This document shows positions 38,302 to 47,660 of a DNA stretch of 64,000 nucleotides, piece by piece (position 1 is the first letter of the stretch; the number at the start of each line of letters is the position of its first letter). Source of the stretch: Planctomycetota bacterium (GTDB lineage: Bacteria; Planctomycetota; UBA1135; UBA2386); NCBI GenBank assembly GCA_965223545.1, contig OZ245006.1, positions 1,792,001 to 1,856,000 of the forward strand, written 5' to 3'. The notes beneath the pieces are model-generated. The model was not told the origin of the DNA. It saw nothing but the letters and a program-made list of their open reading frames with translations, and searched no databases. The position numbers and the translations under genes are program-made.

Positions 38302-39708
38302 GTGCTCGCACGCATGCGCACCATGCTGAGGAACACGGGCCGCGCCGTCGTCTGCCTGCTCGCCCTCTACGGCGGAGTCCACCTCACCAGCACGCTGTGT
38401 CTCGGGTGGAGTCGGCTGCCGCGTTCGGGCGAACCCTGGTCGGTCGCCGGCGCGCTGGCGCCGGAGCAAGAGCGCGTGGTCAGCGCGCTGGCGCGGATCC
38501 TCAGCGAGGACGGCGTCGGCGAGGCCGGACGCTGGGCGCAGGCCATCGTGCGCGCGGCACCGACCACCGACCTCGGCTACGTCGCGCTGGTCGCCGCCCA
38601 GATCCGGCGCGAGTCGCACTTCCTCGCCGCCGATCTCGAGTGGCTGTTCCGCCAGCTGGTGCCGGACCTCGCGCACGAGCTCGGGATGCCCGATCCGATC
38701 AACACGATCGGACCGATGCAGGTGCAGCGCTGGACTTTGGGCGATGTGTTCACGCGCGCGCTGGGCCGCCGCGTCACGGCGCACGAGGTCAAAGGCCTCG
38801 CCGCCGACGTCGAGGTGGGCGTCGCCGCCTGCGTGGCCGTGCTGGATGCCATCGTCGCCGACCACATCCCCGACCGGACGCCTCGGGGTTGGGCGACGTC
38901 GTCCGGACCGACCGGGATGGAGGCGCCGGAAGAACGGGTCTTGGCGCGCGACTGGCTCGGTGCGTTGCCGGCGGAGCGGCCGCGGCTGGCTGTGCTGCAG
39001 AAGCTGCTGTCCGATCTGACGCGGACTCCGCTGGCGCTCGACGGCGTCATCGGCGAAGAGACGCGCCGCGCGGCCCACGCCGTGGCCGCGCGGCTCGACG
39101 GCGAGGACCGCGCCCGCTTGCTCGTCGAGCCGCTCGACGGCGGTTGGGTCTCGGCCACCGTGCACTCGCTTTGGGAGCACGAGCACGGCGTCCGCGCGCC
39201 GCGGTCGATCACGCCGCGGCTCGCGCACGACCCGCGCGTCGCGTTCGTGTTCGCCGATTTCAACACCGGCCGCGGCGCTTGCCGGACGGCGGCCCTGCAG
39301 TACTTGATGCGCGATGTCCTGGCCGTCGACCTCGCCGTCGACGGCAAGCGCGGCCCGAAGACCGAGGCGGCGATGCGCCGGTTGTTCGCCGAGTTCGAGC
39401 CCGACGCGAGGCGGCGCGACGACTTCCTGGCGCTCGTCGACTTGGGCCACAAGCGTGCGTGGGTGAGCGAGCAAGCGTTCGCGATCGCGGCAGGTCTGTG
39501 GCGGACGCGACGGGGTGCGGAGCCACCCTCGCGCTTGATCCCCGACCTCTGGCACGACGGGATGGCCCAGCAGATCAAGGGAATCGGTCGCGTCTCGGTC
39601 GAGGGCTACGTCGCCGGTTCGACCGCCGTGTTCGAGGATTACTTGGCGCGTCTGTTCACCTACACCGGCACTGCGATCGGCGCGGCGGCCGGTGCGAGGA
39701 ACCCTTGA
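38302..39708 (+). CDS. DUF1615-like lysozyme-fold protein with two PG-binding-like motifs
   Basis: QIRRESHF, GPMQV, FADFNTGR...AALQ; LALDGVIGEET and LAVDGKRGPKT. Confidence 0.6.
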   Translation: MLARMRTMLRNTGRAVVCLLALYGGVHLTSTLCLGWSRLPRSGEPWSVAGALAPEQERVVSALARILSEDGVGEAGRWAQAIVRAAPTTDLGYVALVAAQIRRESHFLAADLEWLFRQLVPDLAHELGMPDPINTIGPMQVQRWTLGDVFTRALGRRVTAHEVKGLAADVEVGVAACVAVLDAIVADHIPDRTPRGWATSSGPTGMEAPEERVLARDWLGALPAERPRLAVLQKLLSDLTRTPLALDGVIGEETRRAAHAVAARLDGEDRARLLVEPLDGGWVSATVHSLWEHEHGVRAPRSITPRLAHDPRVAFVFADFNTGRGACRTAALQYLMRDVLAVDLAVDGKRGPKTEAAMRRLFAEFEPDARRRDDFLALVDLGHKRAWVSEQAFAIAAGLWRTRRGAEPPSRLIPDLWHDGMAQQIKGIGRVSVEGYVAGSTAVFEDYLARLFTYTGTAIGAAAGARNP

Positions 39709-40856
39709 AGCACGTCGCGCCGCGCCCCACCCTGCGGCGACGCCTCGCGCTATCCGCGATGGCGTCGATCGCCGCGTTGATCACGGCCGCGATCGGCTTC
39801 GAGCTGTTCTACAAGCCGCGGGAGGTGCGGGTCGGTTGGCGGTCGCAGTGCGACGATCTGGAGCGCAACCAGCTCGGGATGCGCGGCCAAACGATCGAGG
39901 TCGTCGACGGCGAGCGGCGCGTGGTGTTGGTCGGGGACTCGCAGGTGCAGGCCAACGGCTGCGCGTTTGGTTGGATGCCCGAGCGCCGGCTGCAGCTGCA
40001 TCTGCGCAAGCGCGGCGTTGCCGCGCGGGTGTTCTCGCTCGGCGCCGGTGGCTGGGGCCAGGACCAGCAGCTGCTCGTCCTGCGCGAGTACTTCGCCCGG
40101 TTCGACGCGGCGCTGGTGCTGCTGTGGTTCACGCCGGAGAACGACGTCTGGAACAACACGTTTCCCACGCACTGGCCGGTCGATGGCACGCCGAAGCCGA
40201 CGTTCTGGCTGGCGGGCGACGCGCTGCTGGGGCCGCACCAGCCGATGGGCGTCGCGGACGCCGAGGGCGAATGGCGGCTGTGGACCTTCGTCCGCCGCCA
40301 TGTGCTGCCGCGCGGCGAAGACGAGGCGTGGGCCGCGCGCCACCTGCCGCCGGCCTACCAGCCACTCGTCGCGTGGTCGGGTCCGGTGGCGCGCGATTGG
40401 CAAGAGCGTTGGCAGGCCGATGAGCACGGCTTTCGGGCCGAGGACTTCGGCCTCGAGAAGACCCATTTCCAGCTGAGGTTGCAGCCGCCCAGCCCGCGCA
40501 CGCGCTATTCGCTGCGCCTCACCGGCCGGCTGCTGGCGGCGATCCGCGACCTCTGCGACGCGCACGGCGCCGACTTCTCCGTGTTTCGCGCACTCACCCC
40601 GCAGGGACCGGCCGGCATCTCCGAAGAAGTCCAGCAGCTGCACGGTCGCCACTACCGGGTCAGCGGTCCGCAACAGGAAGCGCTGGTCGACGCGCTGCTC
40701 GAGCCGTTCGCGCCGCTCGGCATCGAGGTGACCACCCGACCGTTCGAAATGGGGCCGGGCGATGCGCACCTGAACCAGCACTCGGTCGACCAGCTCATGC
40801 GCGACCTCGCTCCGCACGTCGCGGCGCGGCTGCGGGCACGCCGCGGCCGTCAGTGA
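39705..40856 (+). CDS. SGNH/GDSL hydrolase-family protein
   Basis: VGDSQ, GGWGQDQQ, END, DAHLN; TTG start overlapping the previous stop. Confidence 0.75.
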   Translation: MKHVAPRPTLRRRLALSAMASIAALITAAIGFELFYKPREVRVGWRSQCDDLERNQLGMRGQTIEVVDGERRVVLVGDSQVQANGCAFGWMPERRLQLHLRKRGVAARVFSLGAGGWGQDQQLLVLREYFARFDAALVLLWFTPENDVWNNTFPTHWPVDGTPKPTFWLAGDALLGPHQPMGVADAEGEWRLWTFVRRHVLPRGEDEAWAARHLPPAYQPLVAWSGPVARDWQERWQADEHGFRAEDFGLEKTHFQLRLQPPSPRTRYSLRLTGRLLAAIRDLCDAHGADFSVFRALTPQGPAGISEEVQQLHGRHYRVSGPQQEALVDALLEPFAPLGIEVTTRPFEMGPGDAHLNQHSVDQLMRDLAPHVAARLRARRGRQ

Positions 40857-42172
40857 TGCATCGGAGCCTGGCTCCGTACGTTCGCTTGGGCACGGTGTTC
40901 GTCGACGCCGACGAGCAGCCAGGCGCCGACCCCGAAGAGGAGGAGGAGCGGGACGAAGGCCCAGCGCGGCTCTTCGGAGACCGTGCGCACGATGGCGAAG
41001 CAGAGGGGGCCGAGCCAGACGGTGGCCTTGCCGGACAGGGCGTAGAGGCCGTAGGCCTCTGCCGCGCGCCGCGGGTCGATCATGCGGGCCAGCAGGGTGC
41101 GGCTGGCGGCCTGGTTGGGGCCGGTGCCGAGGCCGACGAGGATGGCGGCGACGGCGAACACCTCGCGCCGCGTCGACAGCACCGCCAGCAGGCAGCCGGC
41201 GATCAGCAGGCCGAGGCTGACGGCGACGGCGAACTTGGCGCCGCGGGCGTCGTCGACGTGGCCGAAGAACACCGAGCCCAGGCCGGCGACCACGTTGAGG
41301 CCGATGCCCCACACCAGGATCTCCGCTGGCGCCATGCCCAGGTTGGACGCCATGTAGAGCCCCGACAGCTGGATCAGGGCGATCAGGGCATCGTTGTAGA
41401 ACAGCCGCGCCACCAAGAAGCGCAGTAAGTCCGGCTGCGCCGAGAGGGAGCGGACGGCGACCCAGGTCGCGCGCAGCACCGAGGCCGGCCGCTCGCCAGT
41501 GGCTGGCTGCGGTGCCGGCTCGCGCACCCACAGGAACAGGGGCAGGCCGAACACCGCAAACCAGGCCGCCACCACGAGGTTGGTCGCGCGCAGGTGCACG
41601 TCCCCCTCGGTCGGCAGCCACGGACCACTGCCGAAGCCGGCCACGCACCCCAGGCACAGCGCTAGACACAGCAGCCCGCCGGCGTAGCCCGCGCCCCAGC
41701 CGTAGCCCGACAACCGGCCGAGGGCGGAGCCGGCGACGAGGCTGGGGAGGAGCGCGTTGTAGAACACGAACATCACCTCGAACGCGACCACCGCGATCGC
41801 GACGAGGACCACGGCGGCGACCAACGCAGCCGTGGTCGCGGTGCCGAGCACGGGATCGACGCTGGGCCAGAACAGCGCCGCGGTGGCGGCGACGGTGATC
41901 GCCGAGGCGACCATGGTGTAGCGCAGCTTGTGCGCACTCCGGTCGGCGGCGACGCCGAGGAACGGTGACAGCAGCGCGACGCACAGGCCGGCGCCCGCCA
42001 TGACGAAGCCCCACAGAGCCTCCCCGCGCTGCGCGTCGCCGACCAGCCGCCGGGCGAAGAACTGCGCGTAGACGAACGTCACCACCACGGTGTTGAAACC
42101 GCTGTTGGCGAAGTCGAACAAGCACCACGCGAAGCGCGCGCGCGCGGGCGAGGGCACGGCGGGATCCGTCAC
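40850..42172 (-). CDS. MFS transporter (UMF1/Atg22-like)
   Basis: AWCLFDFANS, FYNALLP, GRLSGYGWGAGYAGG, QAASRTLL; ~12 TMs. Confidence 0.9.
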   Translation of the reverse strand: MTDPAVPSPARARFAWCLFDFANSGFNTVVVTFVYAQFFARRLVGDAQRGEALWGFVMAGAGLCVALLSPFLGVAADRSAHKLRYTMVASAITVAATAALFWPSVDPVLGTATTAALVAAVVLVAIAVVAFEVMFVFYNALLPSLVAGSALGRLSGYGWGAGYAGGLLCLALCLGCVAGFGSGPWLPTEGDVHLRATNLVVAAWFAVFGLPLFLWVREPAPQPATGERPASVLRATWVAVRSLSAQPDLLRFLVARLFYNDALIALIQLSGLYMASNLGMAPAEILVWGIGLNVVAGLGSVFFGHVDDARGAKFAVAVSLGLLIAGCLLAVLSTRREVFAVAAILVGLGTGPNQAASRTLLARMIDPRRAAEAYGLYALSGKATVWLGPLCFAIVRTVSEEPRWAFVPLLLLFGVGAWLLVGVDEHRAQANVRSQAPMHH

Positions 42173-42206
42173 CGGCGCGTCCGTCGTCCGCCGGCGGACG
42201 TGAAAC

Positions 42207-42231
42207 GGGCCGCGACCCGAAGGCGCGGCCC
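42207..42231 (-). terminator. GC hairpin directly downstream of tRNA-Glu
   Basis: GGGCCGCG / CGCGGCCC 8-bp stem followed by GTTTC on the minus strand (short U tract). Confidence 0.55.
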
Positions 42232-42233
42232 TC

Positions 42234-42311
42234 TGGTATCCCGTAGGGGATTCGAACCCCTGTTGCCAGAATGAAAATCTGGAGTCCTAGGCCTGACTAG
42301 ACGAACGGGAC
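42234..42311 (-). tRNA. tRNA-Glu (TTC)
   Basis: GTCCCGT...CCAGA-TT-TTC-AT-TCTGG...GGTTCGAATCCCCT ACGGGAT A CCA; full cloverleaf with encoded CCA. Confidence 0.95.
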
Positions 42312-42388
42312 CTCCGATGTGAGGACCGTAGCGCGCCGCCCGGCCGGTTCAAGCCCCGGGGGACCTACGCGCGCGCAGCCGACGGGCC

Positions 42389-43378
42389 TCAGCCGAGGCC
42401 CTTGAACTCACGCACGCTCGGCAAGTCCTTGATCGACGACAAGCCGAAGCGGTCGAGGAACAGGTCGGTGGTGCCGTACTGCAGCGGCCGTCCCGGCACG
42501 TCGGCGCGGCCCACCACGTCGACCAGCTTGTGCTCCAGCAGCGTGCGCAGCATCGGCCCGGCCTTGACGCCGCGGATCGCCTCGATCTCGGCCCGCATCA
42601 CCGGCTGCCGGTAGGCGATCACCGCCAGGGTCTCGAGCGCGGCGGGCGACAGCCGCTCGGCGCGGCGCACGCCGCGCAGCCGCTCCAAGTATGGAAACAC
42701 CTCGGGCACGGTGAGCAGGCGCGCGGTCTCCCCCGCCCGCGCCACGGCGAGCGGGAAGCCGTGCGCGCGCAGGTCGCGCTCCAGCTGCTCCAGCCCCTCG
42801 CGCACCGCGGCCTGGGTCGCGTTGCAGGCCTGGGCCAGGCGCAGCAGCGACTGCGGCTCGCGCGCGGTCAGCATCACCGCCATCAGCACGCGCGACAGCT
42901 CGACCGGGTCGGCCAGGGGTGCGGCTTCCGCCGGCTCGGCACCGGCGGCGCCCGGTGGCGGTGCGACGCCGGGCGCGTCCACCCCGGGCGGCGGCACGTC
43001 GGTCGCGGCAGCCCCCCCGTCGGCCTCGGTCGCAGCGGCCTCGGTCACATCGGCCTCGCCGTCCGCGACTGGCGGAGCGGTGTCCTCCTCCAGCGGCAGA
43101 TCCTCGTCCGACGATCTCGCGTCCGACCCATCGCCACTCGGGTCGAGCACCGCGCTACCGAACCGGTTGGCGAAATCGAACGGCTCGGCCGAGGCGTCGT
43201 ACTCGACCGGCTCGTACTCGTCGCCCGGTTCCCCCACCGTCCCCGCATCCTCGTCGAGATCGGTGAGCGCCTCCTCGGCAATCTCGTCGAACGCATCGCC
43301 GACCGCGCTGCTGCGGTCGCGTGGCCGCACCGACTCGGCGTTGGGCTCGCCCGGCAACGGGCGCGAGATGTCGTCCAT
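42389..43378 (-). CDS. scpB: SMC-Scp complex subunit ScpB with long acidic N-terminal extension
   Basis: RLSPAALETLAVIAYRQPVMRAEIEAIRGV...GRPLQYGTTDLFLDRFGL. Confidence 0.92.
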   Translation of the reverse strand: MDDISRPLPGEPNAESVRPRDRSSAVGDAFDEIAEEALTDLDEDAGTVGEPGDEYEPVEYDASAEPFDFANRFGSAVLDPSGDGSDARSSDEDLPLEEDTAPPVADGEADVTEAAATEADGGAAATDVPPPGVDAPGVAPPPGAAGAEPAEAAPLADPVELSRVLMAVMLTAREPQSLLRLAQACNATQAAVREGLEQLERDLRAHGFPLAVARAGETARLLTVPEVFPYLERLRGVRRAERLSPAALETLAVIAYRQPVMRAEIEAIRGVKAGPMLRTLLEHKLVDVVGRADVPGRPLQYGTTDLFLDRFGLSSIKDLPSVREFKGLG

Positions 43379-43389
43379 GGCGCTCCACG

Positions 43390-44451
43390 TTAGCGCGGAG
43401 CCCCGCTGGGTTGAAGCGCGCGCATGGCCTGGCGCAGCTGGGTCGAGGCGGCGGCAAACTCGGCCGGACTCAGATCGCGCGCCAAGATGTCGGCGCGCAG
43501 CTCCTCTTTGACCTGCGCGAAGGGCACGTCGCGCCCCGGGATCCGCGCCAAGCAGTACACCAGGTAGTAACGCTTGGAGCCGTCGATCTCGCGCTCGAAC
43601 ACGTCCGACACCTGGCCCGGCTCGAGCAAGAACGCGACGTCGGCCACGGGGTGCTCGAAGCCGCGGCCGAACGCCGGCAGCTTGCCGCCGTCCAGGCGGT
43701 TGGCGCCCTCGGTGTGCCGGATCGCCAGGGTCGCGAAGTCCGCGCCCTGCCGCACCCGCGCCGCCAGCTCGGTCAGAAGATCGAGGTCGGAGTGCACGAT
43801 GTAGCGCACCTCGACCCGATCCTCGCGCAGCGCGGCGTAGCGCAGGGCGTAGCCGCGGTAGAATTCGCGCACCCGGCTGACGGTGAGCCAGCGGTGGTAC
43901 TCCTGCTCGTTCATCCCCCAGCGGCGGTCGAGGTAGCCGGCGAACGTCACCCGCCCGCCGAACTCGCTCTGCACCTCATCGCGCAGCGTGCGCTCGCTGG
44001 CACTGACCAGGGCCTCGATCTCGTCGGGCTGCACCTCGATGCCCCACTCGCGCGCCGCGCGCGCCACGATGGCGTCCAGCTGCATGCGCTCGAGCAGGAC
44101 GCGGACACCGCCGGGCTCCTCCTCCAGCAGGCGATCGAAGACATGCCGCTTGTGCACGACCAGGCCGCCGCTGCGCACGACGACGTCGTCGTCGCTGTCG
44201 CCGGCGGGCAGCAGGATCTCGGGACCGGTGCCGCCACCGCGCTGCACCAGCGCGGCCTCGACCACGGCGGAGGGCGCCTCCACGACGGGGGGAGGCGTTG
44301 CCCGCGACGGCCTCGGCGCGACCCCCGGCGACGCCGCGCAGGCGGCGAGCACGAGCGCGGCCGCGGCCGCGGCCACACCAGCCGGCCCGAGGCTCAGGCC
44401 AGTGTTGTCTTCGAGCCTCCGGGAGCTGCGTTGTCGAAATTCCAGCGGCAT
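43390..44451 (-). CDS. Parvulin/PrsA-SurA-like peptidyl-prolyl isomerase lipoprotein
   Basis: LAAC lipobox; GADFATLAIRHT..DGGKL..F..VAFLLEPGQVSDV; start uncertain. Confidence 0.75.
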   Translation of the reverse strand: MPLEFRQRSSRRLEDNTGLSLGPAGVAAAAAALVLAACAASPGVAPRPSRATPPPVVEAPSAVVEAALVQRGGGTGPEILLPAGDSDDDVVVRSGGLVVHKRHVFDRLLEEEPGGVRVLLERMQLDAIVARAAREWGIEVQPDEIEALVSASERTLRDEVQSEFGGRVTFAGYLDRRWGMNEQEYHRWLTVSRVREFYRGYALRYAALREDRVEVRYIVHSDLDLLTELAARVRQGADFATLAIRHTEGANRLDGGKLPAFGRGFEHPVADVAFLLEPGQVSDVFEREIDGSKRYYLVYCLARIPGRDVPFAQVKEELRADILARDLSPAEFAAASTQLRQAMRALQPSGAPR

Positions 44452-44501
44452 CGAGCCTTCCGAAAGGTTGTCGCCGAGCGAAGAGTTGCGGCCCCGGACG
44501 C

Positions 44502-45971
44502 TCAGTGGGCGCGGATCCAACGCTTGAACTGCGTGCCCTGGCATGTGGCGCACTTGACCTTCTGCGGGTCGCCCGACTGCCCGTAGGTGATGGTGTGGCC
44601 GGTGGCACCGCACTGCGCGCAGTTGTCCAAGAACGCCGCGCGGACCTCGAGATCGCCGCCGAACTCGACGTAATAGGCGCGCAGCCAGGCCGCGCGCGCA
44701 TCGCTTCCGGCTTTGCGCCACCACTGCTCCGGCGTGTCGGCGATGCTTTCTCCGGCGCCACGAGCACCAGCGCTTCGCTTGGCACGCTCCTGTGCCTCCC
44801 GGACCCGGCGCTTGGCGCGCTCGGCCGCCTTCTGCTCGGCGCTCACCTCGATCTGCACCTCCTGCTCCTCGGAGCTGGTGCCCTTGCGGATCGCGTCGCG
44901 ACCGAGTGTCCAAGAGCCCACGCCGTAGTGGTAGCGCTCGCCGGCGCCGCGCGACTCCAAGCGCTTGGTCCACATCTCGTCGACGACGTCGGCCTCCAGG
45001 TCCAACTTCTTGCGCACGGCTTCGCGGATTTCGGCCCCCATCTGCCCCTCGGCGTAGCTCTTGGCCGACTCGAAGTCGACCGAAGCGTCGGTCGCCTTCT
45101 GCCGCGCGAGGGTCCAGATCTCCTTGTCCCACAGCCGGGTGACCTCGGCGACCAGCGCTTTGTCGCGGGCGCGGTGGAAGCGCCGCACGACGTGCGCGAA
45201 CTCGCTGGCCAGCTTGCTGTCCGGAAACTGCTCCTCGAACTGGGCGATCGCCGCCAGGCCCTTGTCGAATTTGCGCCGCTCCAGCCAGACCCGGATCTGG
45301 TCGAGCAGCTCGGCCTCGCGCGCGGACTCCTTGAAGCGAGCCAAGCGCCGCTGCTTGCCTTCGATCGTCGCTGCGAGACTGCCGTCGTCGTTCTCCGCGG
45401 CGGCGGCGAGGTGCAGCTCGGCGTGCTCGTAATCGCGCACGCGCAGCAGGATGTCGGCCAGCGCGATGTGCTGTTTGGCGTCGTCGCCCGGCGAGTACTC
45501 GCCCAGCTTCTCGGCGTAGAAGTCGGACCGCGCGTACACCTCGGTCGCCGGCACCTCGACCGGGTCCATGGCGCGCAGCGCCGAGCGCTGGATCGGATAG
45601 TCGATGCCCTGGCGGCGGACGGTGATCTGCCGCTCGTCGCCGTCGTCGACGACCCGGCCGACGAGCTGCTCGAGCACGCCGGCGATCTCGTAGCGCACCG
45701 ACACGGCGCGGACCAGGACCTCACCTTCCTCCTCCCACGCCATGTTGAACTGCTGCTTGAGCCGCGTCGCCGACTCCGGCGACAGATGGTCCCAGCGCAG
45801 CTGCAGGACGCCGCCGTTGTCGAGGCGGTGCAGGGTGAAGCCGTTCTCGTCCGGCGGGTCGATGCGGCCGAGCAGCGTGTCGCCGCTCTTCAGCTGCACC
45901 AGCTGTGCCGGCGCCGCGTTGGCGGCGAGCGCCGCGATCGAGGCGGTCAGCACGGGCAACAGGATCTTCAT
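44502..45971 (-). CDS. Secreted helical hypothetical protein with C-terminal DnaJ-like zinc finger
   Basis: Signal peptide MKILLPVL..; CAQCGATG...CATCQGT at the C-terminus. Confidence 0.7.
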   Translation of the reverse strand: MKILLPVLTASIAALAANAAPAQLVQLKSGDTLLGRIDPPDENGFTLHRLDNGGVLQLRWDHLSPESATRLKQQFNMAWEEEGEVLVRAVSVRYEIAGVLEQLVGRVVDDGDERQITVRRQGIDYPIQRSALRAMDPVEVPATEVYARSDFYAEKLGEYSPGDDAKQHIALADILLRVRDYEHAELHLAAAAENDDGSLAATIEGKQRRLARFKESAREAELLDQIRVWLERRKFDKGLAAIAQFEEQFPDSKLASEFAHVVRRFHRARDKALVAEVTRLWDKEIWTLARQKATDASVDFESAKSYAEGQMGAEIREAVRKKLDLEADVVDEMWTKRLESRGAGERYHYGVGSWTLGRDAIRKGTSSEEQEVQIEVSAEQKAAERAKRRVREAQERAKRSAGARGAGESIADTPEQWWRKAGSDARAAWLRAYYVEFGGDLEVRAAFLDNCAQCGATGHTITYGQSGDPQKVKCATCQGTQFKRWIRAH

Positions 45972-46471
45972 GAGTTGCTCCTCAGAGTGGCAATGCGAGC
46001 GGGGAACGACGCGCCGCGCTGCAAGAATCGTTGAAAGACCTCGCCGACGGCGACGCCGGCCTCCAGCCAAGTAATCCGCGCGGTGACCAACAGCAAGCCG
46101 GGGGCTTCCACGCCCTCGGCCAGCTCGACGCTGGCGCGCAGGCGCGGGAAGCCCGGAATCGGGTCGTAGACGATCTTCTCGAGCGCGGTCGGATCGTCCT
46201 CGGCGTCCTCCTCGTCCAGCAGCACCCCATCGGTGCCGAAGCGCGCCGGGAAGACGCGATGCTGGAGGTCGAGGAACACGGCGTCGGCGGCGCGCACGGC
46301 GCGGTCGCGCAGCTCGGCAGTGCTGCGCGTGTCGACCGCGGCACTCATCAGCGCGACCAGGCCGGTCATGCCGAACACCAGGATGGCGATCGCCGCCAGC
46401 ATCTCCACCAGCGTGAAGCCACCGGCACGGCGGCATCCCACTCCGACGTGACGCCGGTCGCGGTCAGCCAT
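45968..46471 (-). CDS. Minor pseudopilin, GspI/PilV-like
   Basis: Prepilin site GG|FTLVEML; C-terminal VTARITW. Confidence 0.75.
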   Translation of the reverse strand: MADRDRRHVGVGCRRAGGFTLVEMLAAIAILVFGMTGLVALMSAAVDTRSTAELRDRAVRAADAVFLDLQHRVFPARFGTDGVLLDEEDAEDDPTALEKIVYDPIPGFPRLRASVELAEGVEAPGLLLVTARITWLEAGVAVGEVFQRFLQRGASFPARIATLRSNS

Positions 46472-47660
46472 TCCAGTTGTCCCTGCCATGGGCCAGCTCC
46501 AGCACGAACGAAACCTCTTTGCCGGCGCGCACGCGCGTGCCGCGCGAATGCGCTCGGGCGGCGGTGTGCCGCGCGCCGCGCACCAGCCCGGTCAGCGTGG
46601 TGCCGCGCACGCCAGTGTAGCGCACCCACTCGGAACCGACCTTGAGGTAGCCGGCGTCGGGCAGGTCGCCGAGCGGCCGCAGACTGCGCAGCGGCAGCTC
46701 CACCGCCCCCGGCGCCAGATCGGCGGCCAGCTGGGCCTCCTGGCCCTGCCGCGCGACCACCAGCGTCACCCGCACCGCCCTGGGAAACACGTCGTCGGTG
46801 GCATCGGTCAGGCTGAAATCGCCGAGGTCGAGGCTGAACTGGCGCTCGCGCTCCTCGAACTCGACCGACCAACCGGCGCGCGCCGAATCCCAGCACAGCT
46901 CGGGTCCCTCGCCACCGGGCTCGCGGTCGAAGTCCTTGGTGTACTGCGACCAGAACGAGAGCTCGAAGTGCAGCAGGCCACTGGCGATCACCGCCGATTC
47001 CGCCGCCACCACCCGTGGCGGCATGCCGTCGTCGCCGAGCTCTTCGATCTCCATCAGCCGCGCCACGCGGCGCTGGTCGAGCACGATCTCCTCGTCGGCC
47101 AACCACAAGCCGCGGCGCAGCTCCAAGAACGCGTCGTCCGGGTCGCCCGCGGGCCACGGCAGCAGCAGCATCTCGGCGCGGCCGGTGCGCGGCGCCGCCA
47201 CCAACAGGTCGACCAGCGCCACCTCGACGTCGGCCTCCTCCATGGTCTCCGCCGTCTGCTCCGCCAGCGGGCGCAGCCGCCGCCGCAACAGACGCTCCTC
47301 GACCGCCGGCGGAATCGCCACGGTGGCGCGCAGCGCCTGCACCCGTCCATCGGCGGACTCGCCCGGCACCAAGCCCAACGGCACCCACTGCACCAGCAGC
47401 CGCGCGTCCGGCGGCTGCTCTTCGTAGGCCTGCCGGCGCGGGCCCACCATCGCGGCCAGCGCGCCGCGCGTGGCCCCCGAGGCGGTGTTGCCGAGATCGG
47501 CGAGCTCCTGGCTCGACTGACCCTCGTCGAACAGCTCGACGCCGCTGGTCAGCATCTGTACCAAGAACACCGAGAACGCGCCGAGCAGGCCGAGCACGAC
47601 GGTCAGCTCGAGCAGCGTGAAGCCACCGCGGCGCGCGGAGGGAGGCCTCTGCACCCTCAT
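46464..47660 (-). CDS. Minor pseudopilin, GspJ/PilW-like
   Basis: RRGG|FTLLELTVV; FPRAVRVTL motif. Confidence 0.75.
   Translation of the reverse strand: MRVQRPPSARRGGFTLLELTVVLGLLGAFSVFLVQMLTSGVELFDEGQSSQELADLGNTASGATRGALAAMVGPRRQAYEEQPPDARLLVQWVPLGLVPGESADGRVQALRATVAIPPAVEERLLRRRLRPLAEQTAETMEEADVEVALVDLLVAAPRTGRAEMLLLPWPAGDPDDAFLELRRGLWLADEEIVLDQRRVARLMEIEELGDDGMPPRVVAAESAVIASGLLHFELSFWSQYTKDFDREPGGEGPELCWDSARAGWSVEFEERERQFSLDLGDFSLTDATDDVFPRAVRVTLVVARQGQEAQLAADLAPGAVELPLRSLRPLGDLPDAGYLKVGSEWVRYTGVRGTTLTGLVRGARHTAARAHSRGTRVRAGKEVSFVLELAHGRDNWNG

Noticed and set aside
42234..42311. tRNA-Glu as integration site of the island
   Set aside because: No duplicate of its 3' end found; flanking genes look core; the fragment at 17476 does not match it.
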